Part shown: positions 55,692 through 64,000 of the stretch, one piece after another
How positions within the stretch are numbered: the stretch's first letter is position 1
Layout of the letters: each line of letters opens with the position of its first letter
From: an uncultured Bacilli bacterium
GTDB taxonomy: Bacteria; Bacillota_I; Bacilli_A; RF39; UBA660
NCBI GenBank assembly: GCA_934162125.1
Contig: CAKPHU010000005.1
Coordinates: forward strand, 64,528-128,527
Length of the DNA stretch: 64,000 nt
Reading direction: 5' to 3'
The notes under the pieces: model-generated
What the model was told of the DNA's origin: nothing
The model's database searches: none
The model's input: only the letters and a program-made list of their open reading frames with translations
Position numbers and translations under genes: made by a program

Positions 55692-56753
55692 CTACTTTTC
55701 TATATATCCACTTGTTTTTTGTGAATACATATCATCTGTTATAGCTTTATATCTTTTTCCATCATAATCGTCATTAAAGCCATTATATGCTTTATAAATT
55801 TCATTAGTTTCAGTGTCATAAACTCTTTCATAACCAAGTGTTGCATCACTTTGTTTTTGACTCATGATATCAAAAGATTTGTTTCTCTTATTCCAAGAAT
55901 CCATTATTCCATCACTTATTTGATTACCTATTGCTCTAATTTGTTGAAAGTTTTTCATGACCGCATCTTGTTGTTGATTAAATCCATTTATAAAGCTATC
56001 TGTGAAGTTAAGTGAAGAACAAATAGTATTCAATGTATCTTGCCAATCTATAAGTTCATCTTTTGGTGTAGTAATAAAAATTGTGTCATATACATTTAGA
56101 TATTGTATATCTATTTGTTTACCTGAAATTATATTTTCATAAACATAGTATGAACCCACATCATATACATAAGCAGTAAATATGCCTTCACCTTCTTTTC
56201 CATTTGCATCTTTAAATGTTGCTCGTAACATATCCCCACCTAAACTGCCTTTTCCTAAGTTTTCACTTACAGTAAAATCAGTTAATGTTGGAAATGTAAA
56301 TGTGCTAGTGTTATTTAATGTGCCTAAATCATTGAATATTTTATAAAATCCTTCTGTGTCTTTAGTTGCTATTACACTGGTTTTTGCAAATATATTATTG
56401 GGATAATACTTTTGTTGCCACTTTTTAGCATCTTCTGATTTATTATACCCTTCAGTTTTCATGTTAAAGAAAAACTGATAAGTTGGATTGTCTGGATTAT
56501 ATACTTTAATTGTATAATGAATGTAATCACCTAATGTATCAACTTTCCATCCTTTTGGCTTTTTGATGGAAAACTCATTTGTTGAATAGTCTTCAAGCTC
56601 TATTTTACTGGCTTCAGACTTTACTATTTTTATTTTTGCATCTGGATTTAAAAATCCTTTGGTGAGCAAAATAACACCTCCTATAACGCCCAGAATAGCT
56701 ACTCCAATTACAACAAGATTTTTTTGTGAAATATTTAACTTTCCTATTTTCAT
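55692..56753 (-). CDS. Membrane-anchored hypothetical protein
   Basis: 353 aa. N-terminal anchor NLVVIGVAILGVIGGVILL. No recognisable motif. Confidence 0.4.
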   Translation of the reverse strand: MKIGKLNISQKNLVVIGVAILGVIGGVILLTKGFLNPDAKIKIVKSEASKIELEDYSTNEFSIKKPKGWKVDTLGDYIHYTIKVYNPDNPTYQFFFNMKTEGYNKSEDAKKWQQKYYPNNIFAKTSVIATKDTEGFYKIFNDLGTLNNTSTFTFPTLTDFTVSENLGKGSLGGDMLRATFKDANGKEGEGIFTAYVYDVGSYYVYENIISGKQIDIQYLNVYDTIFITTPKDELIDWQDTLNTICSSLNFTDSFINGFNQQQDAVMKNFQQIRAIGNQISDGIMDSWNKRNKSFDIMSQKQSDATLGYERVYDTETNEIYKAYNGFNDDYDGKRYKAITDDMYSQKTSGYIEK

Positions 56754-56896
56754 AATATCACATTCTCCTCCTTATTTATTATTATAAGTAAAAATGATAA
56801 ACTCAACAACATTCTTGACTTAAAAAACATTGTTTTTAGTGGAAAGTTTTTTATTATTTTAAAATGTAGTATAATAATTATGAGGAATGATGTAAT

Positions 56897-58621
56897 ATGA
56901 AGTTTGAAGAATGCTTAAATAAATATTTAAAAGAGTTAGATTGCTCTTCTAAAAAACTAGCAAATAAATCCGGATTGTCCGAATCAGTTATAAGCAGATA
57001 TCGTAATGGTTCAAGAGCACCTCAAAAAGAAAGTAAACAAATAAGTAAATTAACTACAGCACTTTTTGATATTGCACAGGAAAGCGGTAAAAATAATTAT
57101 ACTCTTAATAAAATAATAGAGGATTTTAATTCTACATTATCATGTGATAACTTTGACTATGTGTCATTTAGTAATAATATAAATACTTTAATAACATCAC
57201 TTAACATTAACACTCATGAAATGTCAAAATATATCGTATTTGATGCTTCACATATTTCAAGAATTAGGTATGGTAAATCTAAGCCATCTAATCCAACAGA
57301 ATTTTCGAACAAAATATGTTCTTATATTTTTAACAGATATAAAAATCCTGATGATATAAATAAATTAATGACAATTATTGGATGCAAAAAAAAAGATTTA
57401 ACGAATAATAACTTTTATAACACTTTATTCACCTGGCTAACAAGTAAAGCAACACCTGGTAAAAATCAAATTTCTGACTTTTTAAATAATCTCGATTCAT
57501 TTAACTTAGATGATTATATAAAAGTAATAAAGTTTGATGAATTAAAAGTTCCAAATGTGCCTTTTTATAAGGCAAAAACAAGACATTACTATGGACTTGA
57601 AGAAATGAAAGAAGGAGAATTGAACTTTTTTAAGGCAACGGTTTTATCTAAATCAAAAGAAGATATTTTTATGCATAGTTGTATGCCTATGGAAGACATG
57701 GCAGAAGACGTTGACTTTGGTAAAAAATGGATGTTTGCAATTGCAATTTGCTTAAAGAAAGGACATCATTTAAATATTATTCACAATGTAGACAGACCTT
57801 TTAATGAGATGATGTTGGGTCTTGAGAGTTGGATTCCAATTTATATGACTGGACAAATATCACCATATTATTTAAAAGACTTAAAAGCTGAAGTATATAA
57901 TCACCTCGATTATGTTTCTGATACTGTTGCATTAACAGGAGAGTGTATTAAAGGCTTCCACGATAAAGGAATGTACTATTTAACAACTAATAAAACAGAA
58001 GTAAAATATTATAAAGAAAAAAGTAATCTACTTCTTAAAAAAGCTAAGCCATTAATGGAGATTTATAGAGAAAATAATATGAAAGAATATGAATTGTTTT
58101 TAAAAAAAGATAAAAATATACTTTTAGATAGAAAAAGATATCTTTCATCACTACCTTTATTTACTATTTCAGACAAATTACTAATTAAAATCTTAGATAG
58201 AAATAAAATATCAAAAGTTGATATTGAAAAAATAATTAAATATAAAACTGAAGAATTAAAATATATGAAGCATATTCTTAAAAACAGTAAAGTAAGTGAT
58301 TACATTTACGTAATTAAAGAAAACGAATTTAGTGATGATATTCCTTTACTTTGCTTAAACAATTTATTTTACAACAAGAAAATAAACTATACTTACGAAG
58401 AATATATGGAACATTTAGCACTTACTAACAAATATTCAGAAAAAGTAGGCAATTATGATATAAATTATACAAATAATAAAACATTTAAAAATATAACTAT
58501 AACTATTTTAAAAAGCAACTATGTAATTATTTCAAAAAATTCTAATCCAACAATACATTTTGTTATTAAACATCCAAAATTAATTGAATCTATTGAAAAT
58601 TTCAGCCCTATTGTGATTTAA
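56897..58621 (+). CDS. Putative transcriptional regulator with two N-terminal XRE-like HTH segments and a large C-terminal domain of unknown function
   Basis: 574 aa. LSESVISRYRNG and DASHISRIRYGKSKPS resemble HTH_XRE recognition helices. Divergent from the two upstream unknown secreted proteins. Confidence 0.45.
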   Translation: MKFEECLNKYLKELDCSSKKLANKSGLSESVISRYRNGSRAPQKESKQISKLTTALFDIAQESGKNNYTLNKIIEDFNSTLSCDNFDYVSFSNNINTLITSLNINTHEMSKYIVFDASHISRIRYGKSKPSNPTEFSNKICSYIFNRYKNPDDINKLMTIIGCKKKDLTNNNFYNTLFTWLTSKATPGKNQISDFLNNLDSFNLDDYIKVIKFDELKVPNVPFYKAKTRHYYGLEEMKEGELNFFKATVLSKSKEDIFMHSCMPMEDMAEDVDFGKKWMFAIAICLKKGHHLNIIHNVDRPFNEMMLGLESWIPIYMTGQISPYYLKDLKAEVYNHLDYVSDTVALTGECIKGFHDKGMYYLTTNKTEVKYYKEKSNLLLKKAKPLMEIYRENNMKEYELFLKKDKNILLDRKRYLSSLPLFTISDKLLIKILDRNKISKVDIEKIIKYKTEELKYMKHILKNSKVSDYIYVIKENEFSDDIPLLCLNNLFYNKKINYTYEEYMEHLALTNKYSEKVGNYDINYTNNKTFKNITITILKSNYVIISKNSNPTIHFVIKHPKLIESIENFSPIVI

Positions 58622-58741
58622 TATGCAAATTGATATTTTAGTAATCTTTTAGACTTTTAGAGCACTTTTGCTCATTAATTAAGTTAATTGTGCTTTTTAA
58701 ATATAGTAATTCAGAGATGCTTAAAATCTGTTTTGAATATA

Positions 58742-58772
58742 GAAAAAAGGAAACCTATAGTTTCCTTTTGTG
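58742..58772. terminator. Bidirectional rho-independent terminator (AGGAAAC-ctata-GTTTCCT flanked by A and T runs) between convergent genes
   Basis: 7-bp perfect stem at 58748-58766 with A6 upstream and T4GTGTG downstream. Confidence 0.5.
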
Positions 58773-58817
58773 TGTATGATTTCATAAATTATTTAGTTTT
58801 TCTATAATATATAAGTT

Positions 58818-59390
58818 TTAATATCTTAATACGTCTTTTGCGGAATCGTATTGTCTTTTAACAAGTACTTTTCCTTTTGAAGACATTTTATTATAACTTC
58901 TATCAAGCTTATCCATAACAAATTTGCTTCCATCATCAATTGATAGTTTTTTCTCTCTATAAACCATGCTTAATAATGAAGGAATACTATAAAAGTGTGC
59001 CATTGCATCTGAATCAGCTATACATATTTCTTCTGGTGTTGTTTTTTCTGCTAATCTACTTCCACGATGATTTAAAATACATTTTTTAATTAGTGCAATT
59101 TTATCTTCTGGATATTCTTCTTTTAATAAAAGTTCTTCTGCTATTTGGGCACCTATTATATGATGATCCTCTGTATAGCTTACATCAGTAACACTTGCTA
59201 TATCATGAAAAAGTGCTGCTAAAGATACTATTTCTACACTGGCTTCATATTCATTTGCATATTTTTTAGCAAGTTTATATACAATTTTTATATGGTGATC
59301 CCAAGCACCTATCCCATAGGCATTCGTTGGAAGTTCACATCTGTGTTTTACTTCATTATATATTATTTCTTCTGTTGTCAAGTAAATCAC
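58818..59390 (-). CDS. HD domain phosphohydrolase
   Basis: 190 aa. LAALFHDIAS (H..HD) plus downstream His/Asp residues. Confidence 0.65.
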   Translation of the reverse strand: MIYLTTEEIIYNEVKHRCELPTNAYGIGAWDHHIKIVYKLAKKYANEYEASVEIVSLAALFHDIASVTDVSYTEDHHIIGAQIAEELLLKEEYPEDKIALIKKCILNHRGSRLAEKTTPEEICIADSDAMAHFYSIPSLLSMVYREKKLSIDDGSKFVMDKLDRSYNKMSSKGKVLVKRQYDSAKDVLRY

Positions 59391-59391
59391 C

Positions 59392-60138
59392 TCATTGTTG
59401 TCTACTATTATAACATAACTTTTTTATATTAGCATTTTCTTTTAAGTCTATTTCTTGTAATTCTCCATTTTTAAAGAAATAAAATGGTCTATTACCTAGT
59501 ACTTCTAATTCATCATCATTAACAAAAATAGCATCTTCTTCTGGTATAGCTATAACGTTACTATTTACCACAGAAAATTCTTTTATTGCGTTAGTAAAAG
59601 TGTTTATTCTATTAAGATTTTCTTCTTCTGATAATTTTGATTTTTTATTTGTATAGTGGGGAAATATTGATATACCTTTCATTACATCAAACCCTTTAGT
59701 ATCATCTAGCTTTACATCATTAGGATCCATTGTAGAAATTATATTAATATCATATCCAAATATAACAGCTCCGGCACTTCCGCCTATAACTATTCCTCCG
59801 TTATTTATGAATTTTTCAATTTTTTCAAAAGCACCACTATCTTTAATTCCTTTTAATAGCTTGTACGTATTTCCGCCGCCTATAAATAATGCACAATATT
59901 TACTATAGTCTTTTTCAGCTAATTCTTCAAAACTTCTAACCATATCTATTCCGACTAATTGGACTTGAGCTAATTCTCCACATATCCATTCGTAACAACT
60001 ATCATATGAATGATCACTTTCATCCATAGCTAATGGAATATATAATAGTGGTTTACTATGGTCTATAATTTCATTTAACTTTTTATTTGCAAAATGATTT
60101 TGTTCTCCAGATCCTCCACCACATAATATTAATTTCAT
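59392..60138 (-). CDS. Peptidase S51 family (dipeptidase E / cyanophycinase-like, class I glutamine-amidotransferase-like fold)
   Basis: 248 aa. LILCGGGSG, IGGGNT and GGSAGAVIF motifs. Confidence 0.65.
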   Translation of the reverse strand: MKLILCGGGSGEQNHFANKKLNEIIDHSKPLLYIPLAMDESDHSYDSCYEWICGELAQVQLVGIDMVRSFEELAEKDYSKYCALFIGGGNTYKLLKGIKDSGAFEKIEKFINNGGIVIGGSAGAVIFGYDINIISTMDPNDVKLDDTKGFDVMKGISIFPHYTNKKSKLSEEENLNRINTFTNAIKEFSVVNSNVIAIPEEDAIFVNDDELEVLGNRPFYFFKNGELQEIDLKENANIKKLCYNSRQQ

Positions 60139-60247
60139 TCTATCAACTCCTATATAAATTATACCATAAACATTTAGTATTAATTTTGGCTATTAACACT
60201 TATTATAATGTTCTTTTCCTCTTTTTATAAACTTTATATCAAAAAAA

Positions 60248-60372
60248 GAATGCTAACAAAAACTGTTAGCATTCATACTACTAATTATTATTTTTTTCCA
60301 GTTATTCCATAATATCTTCTGATTAATTTGATACCTTTTTCAGTAGTGTTTTGTTCAACATATTTTTCAAAT
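60248..60372 (-). repeat. About 125-bp repeat, copy 1: terminator hairpin (GAATGCTAACA-N6-TGTTAGCATTC) plus the relic 3' end of a SAM-methyltransferase gene
   Basis: About 92% identical to 61592-61715. In copy 2 it forms the real 3' end (last ~28 codons) of the 61632-62393 gene plus its terminator. Here it is orphaned between the S51 peptidase and the RhuM gene. Confidence 0.8.
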
Positions 60373-60397
60373 ATTTCTTTTTGATAAAATGTATAAT

Positions 60398-61435
60398 TTA
60401 TTTATTTTCAATTTGCTTTGTTTCACTTAGCAGTCTATCAAAATCTGACACATAATTTTTATCCTGTATAACTTTATATTTTTCATATTCATTTTCTGCT
60501 TTTTGAGTTGCTTGTTTATGTGAAACTTTTCCTTTTCCTTCTAAAACTTTATAATGAAAAACTTTCAAAGCATTTTCTACTTCATTTTTCCAATCTTCCA
60601 TATACATAGTTATACTTCTTTCTGCATTATTTTCAGCAATGTCCAAAAATAAGTTTACTAAACTATTCAAATTTTTAATTTCTTGTTCGTTCAAATAATT
60701 CTTAGCAATAATTACATCAGATTTTAAAATTTTTCCATTAGGTGAGTTTTCCCAAGTAGTAAGTCCCATATTTTCCTTTTGCGAATCTACTCTGTTATAA
60801 ACTATTTCAGCAGCAGTGTTTCCAGTAATTGCATAGTGAAATTTATTTTGAATGGTTTTATAAAAAGCTATTGCAGTGTCACTATTCTTATCGTAATCAA
60901 TGGAACATTCAGCAAATATATCAGTGATTTTCTGATAAAACATTCTCTCACTTGTACGAATTAATTTAATTCTTTCAAGTAATCTTTTAAAATACTCTTG
61001 ATCAGATTTTTTTGCTTTTAAGAATCTTTCATCATTTAATGCAAAACCTTGAACCATATAATCTTTAATTATTTTATTTGCCCAAGTCCTAAATTTAATT
61101 GCTTTCTTAGAATTAACCCTAAATCCAATAGAAATAATCATATCAAGATTATAATACCTAGTATTGTAAGTTTGCTTACCATCATTACCCATATGTGTAA
61201 TTTTTGCACATGTGCTATTTTCATCTAGCTCTTCATCTTTATAAATATTGTTAATATGTCTTACAATTCCACTTCTATCAATATTAAAAAGTGTTGCTAG
61301 CGCTTCCGTATTTAGCCATACATCTTCGTTTTCTAATATTACTTCTACTTTTGTATTACCTTCTTCATCATTATAAAATAAAATGTTCTTTTCATTCCCA
61401 ATTAATTTTTTATCCATACTTGTCCCCCCTCGCAT
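60398..61435 (-). CDS. RhuM family (Virulence_RhuM) protein
   Basis: 345 aa. YNLDMIISIGFRVNSKKAIKFRTWANKII matches the RhuM family core (YNLD.IISVGYRVNS....FR.WAT). Confidence 0.7.
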   Translation of the reverse strand: MRGGTSMDKKLIGNEKNILFYNDEEGNTKVEVILENEDVWLNTEALATLFNIDRSGIVRHINNIYKDEELDENSTCAKITHMGNDGKQTYNTRYYNLDMIISIGFRVNSKKAIKFRTWANKIIKDYMVQGFALNDERFLKAKKSDQEYFKRLLERIKLIRTSERMFYQKITDIFAECSIDYDKNSDTAIAFYKTIQNKFHYAITGNTAAEIVYNRVDSQKENMGLTTWENSPNGKILKSDVIIAKNYLNEQEIKNLNSLVNLFLDIAENNAERSITMYMEDWKNEVENALKVFHYKVLEGKGKVSHKQATQKAENEYEKYKVIQDKNYVSDFDRLLSETKQIENK

Positions 61436-61591
61436 TTACCATTTTTTTTAGTTAATTTATAATAGATATTATACTATTTTTTACATTATTAAACAATCAA
61501 CTCACTCGAATTTAACCAAATTAAATCTTCATCTTCAAAATTTAATAATTTTTCTTATGTTTATCATTATTTTGGTTTTTATAAATAGAAA

Positions 61592-61715
61592 GAATACTAA
61601 CAAAAATTGTTAGCATTCATACTACTAATTATTATTTTCTTCCAATTATTCCATAATATCTTCTGATTAATTTGATACCTTTTTCAGTAGTGTTTTGTTC
61701 AACATATTTTTCAAA
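61592..61715 (-). repeat. About 125-bp repeat, copy 2 (terminator hairpin GAATACTAACA-N6-TGTTAGCATTC plus the 3' end of the methyltransferase gene)
   Basis: See copy 1. The hairpin has an 11-bp stem with one mismatch. Confidence 0.8.
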
Positions 61716-62393
61716 CGTTTCCTTCTCTATTGGTCTTCTTTCATATTCATCAAATGATTCTTCAGAGAAGTCATCTAATATTGGTGTTTTAACTAGTAAA
61801 GCATATAAATCTTCTTTTGTTTTATAATACTCTATTACATGAAGTGGGATTAATTCAACTTCTTTAAATCCTGCATCCATTATTGCTTCATAATCTATTA
61901 AACTTATAGGCTTAACATCGTGATATGCTTGGCCTCTTTCAAACATTCTTTTTAAAGACCAACAATCAAATTTATCAACACCTCTTATAATAAGTTGCCC
62001 ACCTTTTTTTAACGTTTTATATATTTGCAACGGGTCAATTATTGTATGACGTGCTGTTACTAAATCAAAATAATTATCTGGAGTATCCATTTTTAGATTG
62101 TCCATAACTCTAAATGAGATATTCTTTCTTCCACTTTGGAATAGATTTTTGTTTGCTGTTTCTATCATTTCATTAGAGAAATCTGTTCCCAATATCTCAG
62201 CACAATTTGGAAAATTTTTAAGTACTTTTTCTCCCGCTGCTGTTCCCAAATCTAGAATTTTTGTATTTTCTTTTACACGTTTTTTTATTTCGTCTTCATA
62301 AATCCAATTTGTAATTACTTCGCTAGTATAATCAATATCTTCAAAAGACCAATTGGCTATTTTACTGTAAAAATCATGTTCATTTATTTTCAT
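61632..62393 (-). CDS. Class I SAM-dependent methyltransferase (Methyltransf_11/25-like, small-molecule type)
   Basis: 253 aa. Motif I ILDLGTAAGEKV and post-I FDLVTARHT. Confidence 0.7.
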   Translation of the reverse strand: MKINEHDFYSKIANWSFEDIDYTSEVITNWIYEDEIKKRVKENTKILDLGTAAGEKVLKNFPNCAEILGTDFSNEMIETANKNLFQSGRKNISFRVMDNLKMDTPDNYFDLVTARHTIIDPLQIYKTLKKGGQLIIRGVDKFDCWSLKRMFERGQAYHDVKPISLIDYEAIMDAGFKEVELIPLHVIEYYKTKEDLYALLVKTPILDDFSEESFDEYERRPIEKETFEKYVEQNTTEKGIKLIRRYYGIIGRK

Positions 62394-62775
62394 TTTTTAT
62401 CATCCTCTCTTAATATAAAATAAAATGTGATTGAATATAAAAAGAACCTCCTTTCATGAATATACAACAAAAAACAATCACAAAATTAATGTGTATATTT
62501 TTTGTCATTCATGAGGAGATTCTTAAGGCTCTTCATTATTCCTTTAAACATTTGTTTATCTGGCAGTAAAACGCGAATGACTAATTGATTTACTACGTTT
62601 TTATTATAACAAATTAATATTAGTATGTCAAAAATCAATATGAGGTATCACAAATATAAACTTTTCTATGACTACCTATTGTTTTAGCAGTACTTCTTTT
62701 TCTTATGTAATCATTTTATCACTTTCCTTATCTCTGATTTACATATAAAAATAGAGTATATCTATATAATACACT

Positions 62776-63408
62776 CTATTCACTCTTTACTTTATCATCA
62801 ATTTTATTACTTATTGCTTTTAAAGTTTGTAAATACTCTTTTTCTATCGGACTTATTGTTTTTACTTGATATTTCTTATATTCATCTTTTGGGTTGTAGT
62901 CTACTGCAGTTGCATATAAATCAAGAACTTGTCTATATAATACTTTTTCAGATGATCTTATATCTTTAATTCTAGCAAGTAATTCTTTCCAATAATTTCC
63001 TCCACCATTTCCTTTAAGTCTTTCATCATCCATAGTGAAGCCTTTGATCATATATTCTTTTAATCTTTCAGTCGCCCATCTTCTAAAATTAGTAGCAACT
63101 TTTGATTTTATTCTATATCCTAAAGATATAATCATATCCAAATTGTAACATTTAACTTTTCTTTCAACTTTTCGGTTTCCTTCTTTTTGAACTGTCAAGA
63201 ATTCCTTGACAGTTGAATCTACAGATAACTCTTCTTCATCAAAGATATTTTTAATATGCAAACTTATATTTTGTTTAGTCGTATCATATAAGTCTGCCAT
63301 CTGTTGTTGTGATAGCCATACTGTTTCATCTTCAAGTTTTACATCTATTTTTGTCATTCCATCATTAGTTTGATAAATTACAATATTATTATTATTATTT
63401 TCTTCCAT
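62776..63408 (-). CDS. RhuM family (Virulence_RhuM) protein, short paralog
   Basis: 210 aa. YNLDMIISLGYRIKSKVATNFRRWATERL. Diverged from the 345-aa copy. Confidence 0.7.
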   Translation of the reverse strand: MEENNNNNIVIYQTNDGMTKIDVKLEDETVWLSQQQMADLYDTTKQNISLHIKNIFDEEELSVDSTVKEFLTVQKEGNRKVERKVKCYNLDMIISLGYRIKSKVATNFRRWATERLKEYMIKGFTMDDERLKGNGGGNYWKELLARIKDIRSSEKVLYRQVLDLYATAVDYNPKDEYKKYQVKTISPIEKEYLQTLKAISNKIDDKVKSE

Positions 63409-63800
63409 TGTTATACCTCTATTTCTATTAGATTTTAAAAGGTGTCAACAAATATAATCATTGTTCACACCTTTATTTTACTACATATTTTTAATATTTT
63501 GTGGATAAGTTCTGAGAACCGAACCTACTTAATAATTTTTTAATTTTAAATATTCTCTTATTTTATGCTACTTTCCACAACATTGTTTATATTTCTTACC
63601 AGAACCACAAGAACTATATTTTCTAGTGTTTATAGTATTTATTATATTATCATAACTATTGTTATTACTTTATTTACTAGACTAATAACAGTTTTTATTT
63701 ATGGTATTATTGGTACTATTAGTATTATCTTTTTCTGTGATTTACAAACAAATTACAAACATTGTTTGCATTTACTCTTTCAACCAACCTTTATTATTTT

Positions 63801-64000
63801 TTACTTAATTAACTTTTTTTCTAAACAATATGGTACAACTTTATGTTTTAAAGTATTTGATAAAATTTCATCCCCGTTTTTTGATTGATACCATAAGAAT
63901 TTTTCTATTTCAACGGATGTTGTTAACTCGCCATTAAGGATACCGTTATATTGAAAAACATAAAAGTGAATTGGTGTAACCCCATCACTAGTGGCTATCT
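63801..64000 (-). CDS. Hypothetical protein. Partial: the C-terminal ~66 aa are in the window and the gene starts beyond the window end.
   Basis: An open minus-strand frame entering from the window end reads ...IATSDGVTPIHFYVFQYNGILNGELTTSVEIEKFLWYQSKNGDEILSNTLKHKVVPYCLEKKLIK then stop at 63801-63803. Not in the ORF track because no start is inside the window. Confidence 0.35.
   Translation of the reverse strand, partial: IATSDGVTPIHFYVFQYNGILNGELTTSVEIEKFLWYQSKNGDEILSNTLKHKVVPYCLEKKLIK

Noticed and set aside
62394-62775. 380-bp intergenic region with an imperfect long-range inverted repeat (CTCCTTTCATGAAT ... ATTCATGAGGAG) and a 37-codon plus-strand ORF
   Set aside because: The ORF lacks an SD. 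The inverted repeat is imperfect and may simply be the promoter/UTR of the methyltransferase gene. Not enough signal for a feature call.
63565-63888. Plus-strand 107-aa ORF (MLLSTTLFIFLTRTTR...)
   Set aside because: Low-complexity, AT-rich and hydrophobic with no SD. The opposite strand carries a more protein-like open frame running in from the window end (63801-64000).
1-64000. tRNA, rRNA or other structured RNA genes
   Set aside because: No tRNA-like GTTCGAATCC or cloverleaf-compatible GC-rich segments stand out, and no rRNA-like stretches. The few intergenic regions are explained by promoters and terminators. A covariance-model scan (tRNAscan-SE/Infernal) would be needed to exclude small ncRNAs definitively.

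Overview
This is a low-GC (roughly 28-30% GC) Firmicutes-type chromosomal window. TGA acts as a stop codon and prfB carries a programmed +1 frameshift, so the organism is not a Mycoplasma. Most genes are on the minus strand. The conserved backbone reads: partial GT4 glycosyltransferase, flippase-like protein, pgk, gap, a uridine-kinase-family protein, clpP (+), whiA, yvcK, lgt, a holin-like YvlD, uvrA, [insertion], uvrB, then later M23 peptidase-ftsX-ftsE, two tandem YitT genes and prfB. Accessory content lies between and after these genes. (1) The uvrB-uvrA pair is split by a radical SAM/SPASM gene that overlaps the uvrB stop, plus a convergent glycosyltransferase-like gene. (2) Two paralogous cassettes (18140-20369 and 44274-47928) encode WXG100/ESAT-6-like small proteins together with larger proteins that have WXG/LXG-like helical N-termini, Ser/Gly-rich linkers and cell-wall hydrolase domains (Phage_lysozyme2-like, GH73 glucosaminidase, NlpC/P60). 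No EssC-type T7SS ATPase or other core T7SS gene is present in the window. This is the strongest candidate for a novel or poorly described system. (3) A membrane-anchored surface protein has Ig-like domains, a (GGNT)x23 linker and a ComEC-like MBL-fold domain. (4) A prepilin-type pilin gene is translationally coupled to a BspA-type leucine-rich-repeat protein. (5) A putative detoxification island contains an S66 MccF-like carboxypeptidase, three GNATs, two YbaK/ProX-like deacylases, a TetR regulator and an ABC exporter. (6) A tandemly duplicated RhuM-family/SAM-methyltransferase module carries a relic gene fragment. (7) A leader-peptide/attenuator-like arrangement lies upstream of an ABC exporter. 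I found no rRNA, tRNA or CRISPR features. All functional calls are from reading motifs by eye; none have been checked against a database.
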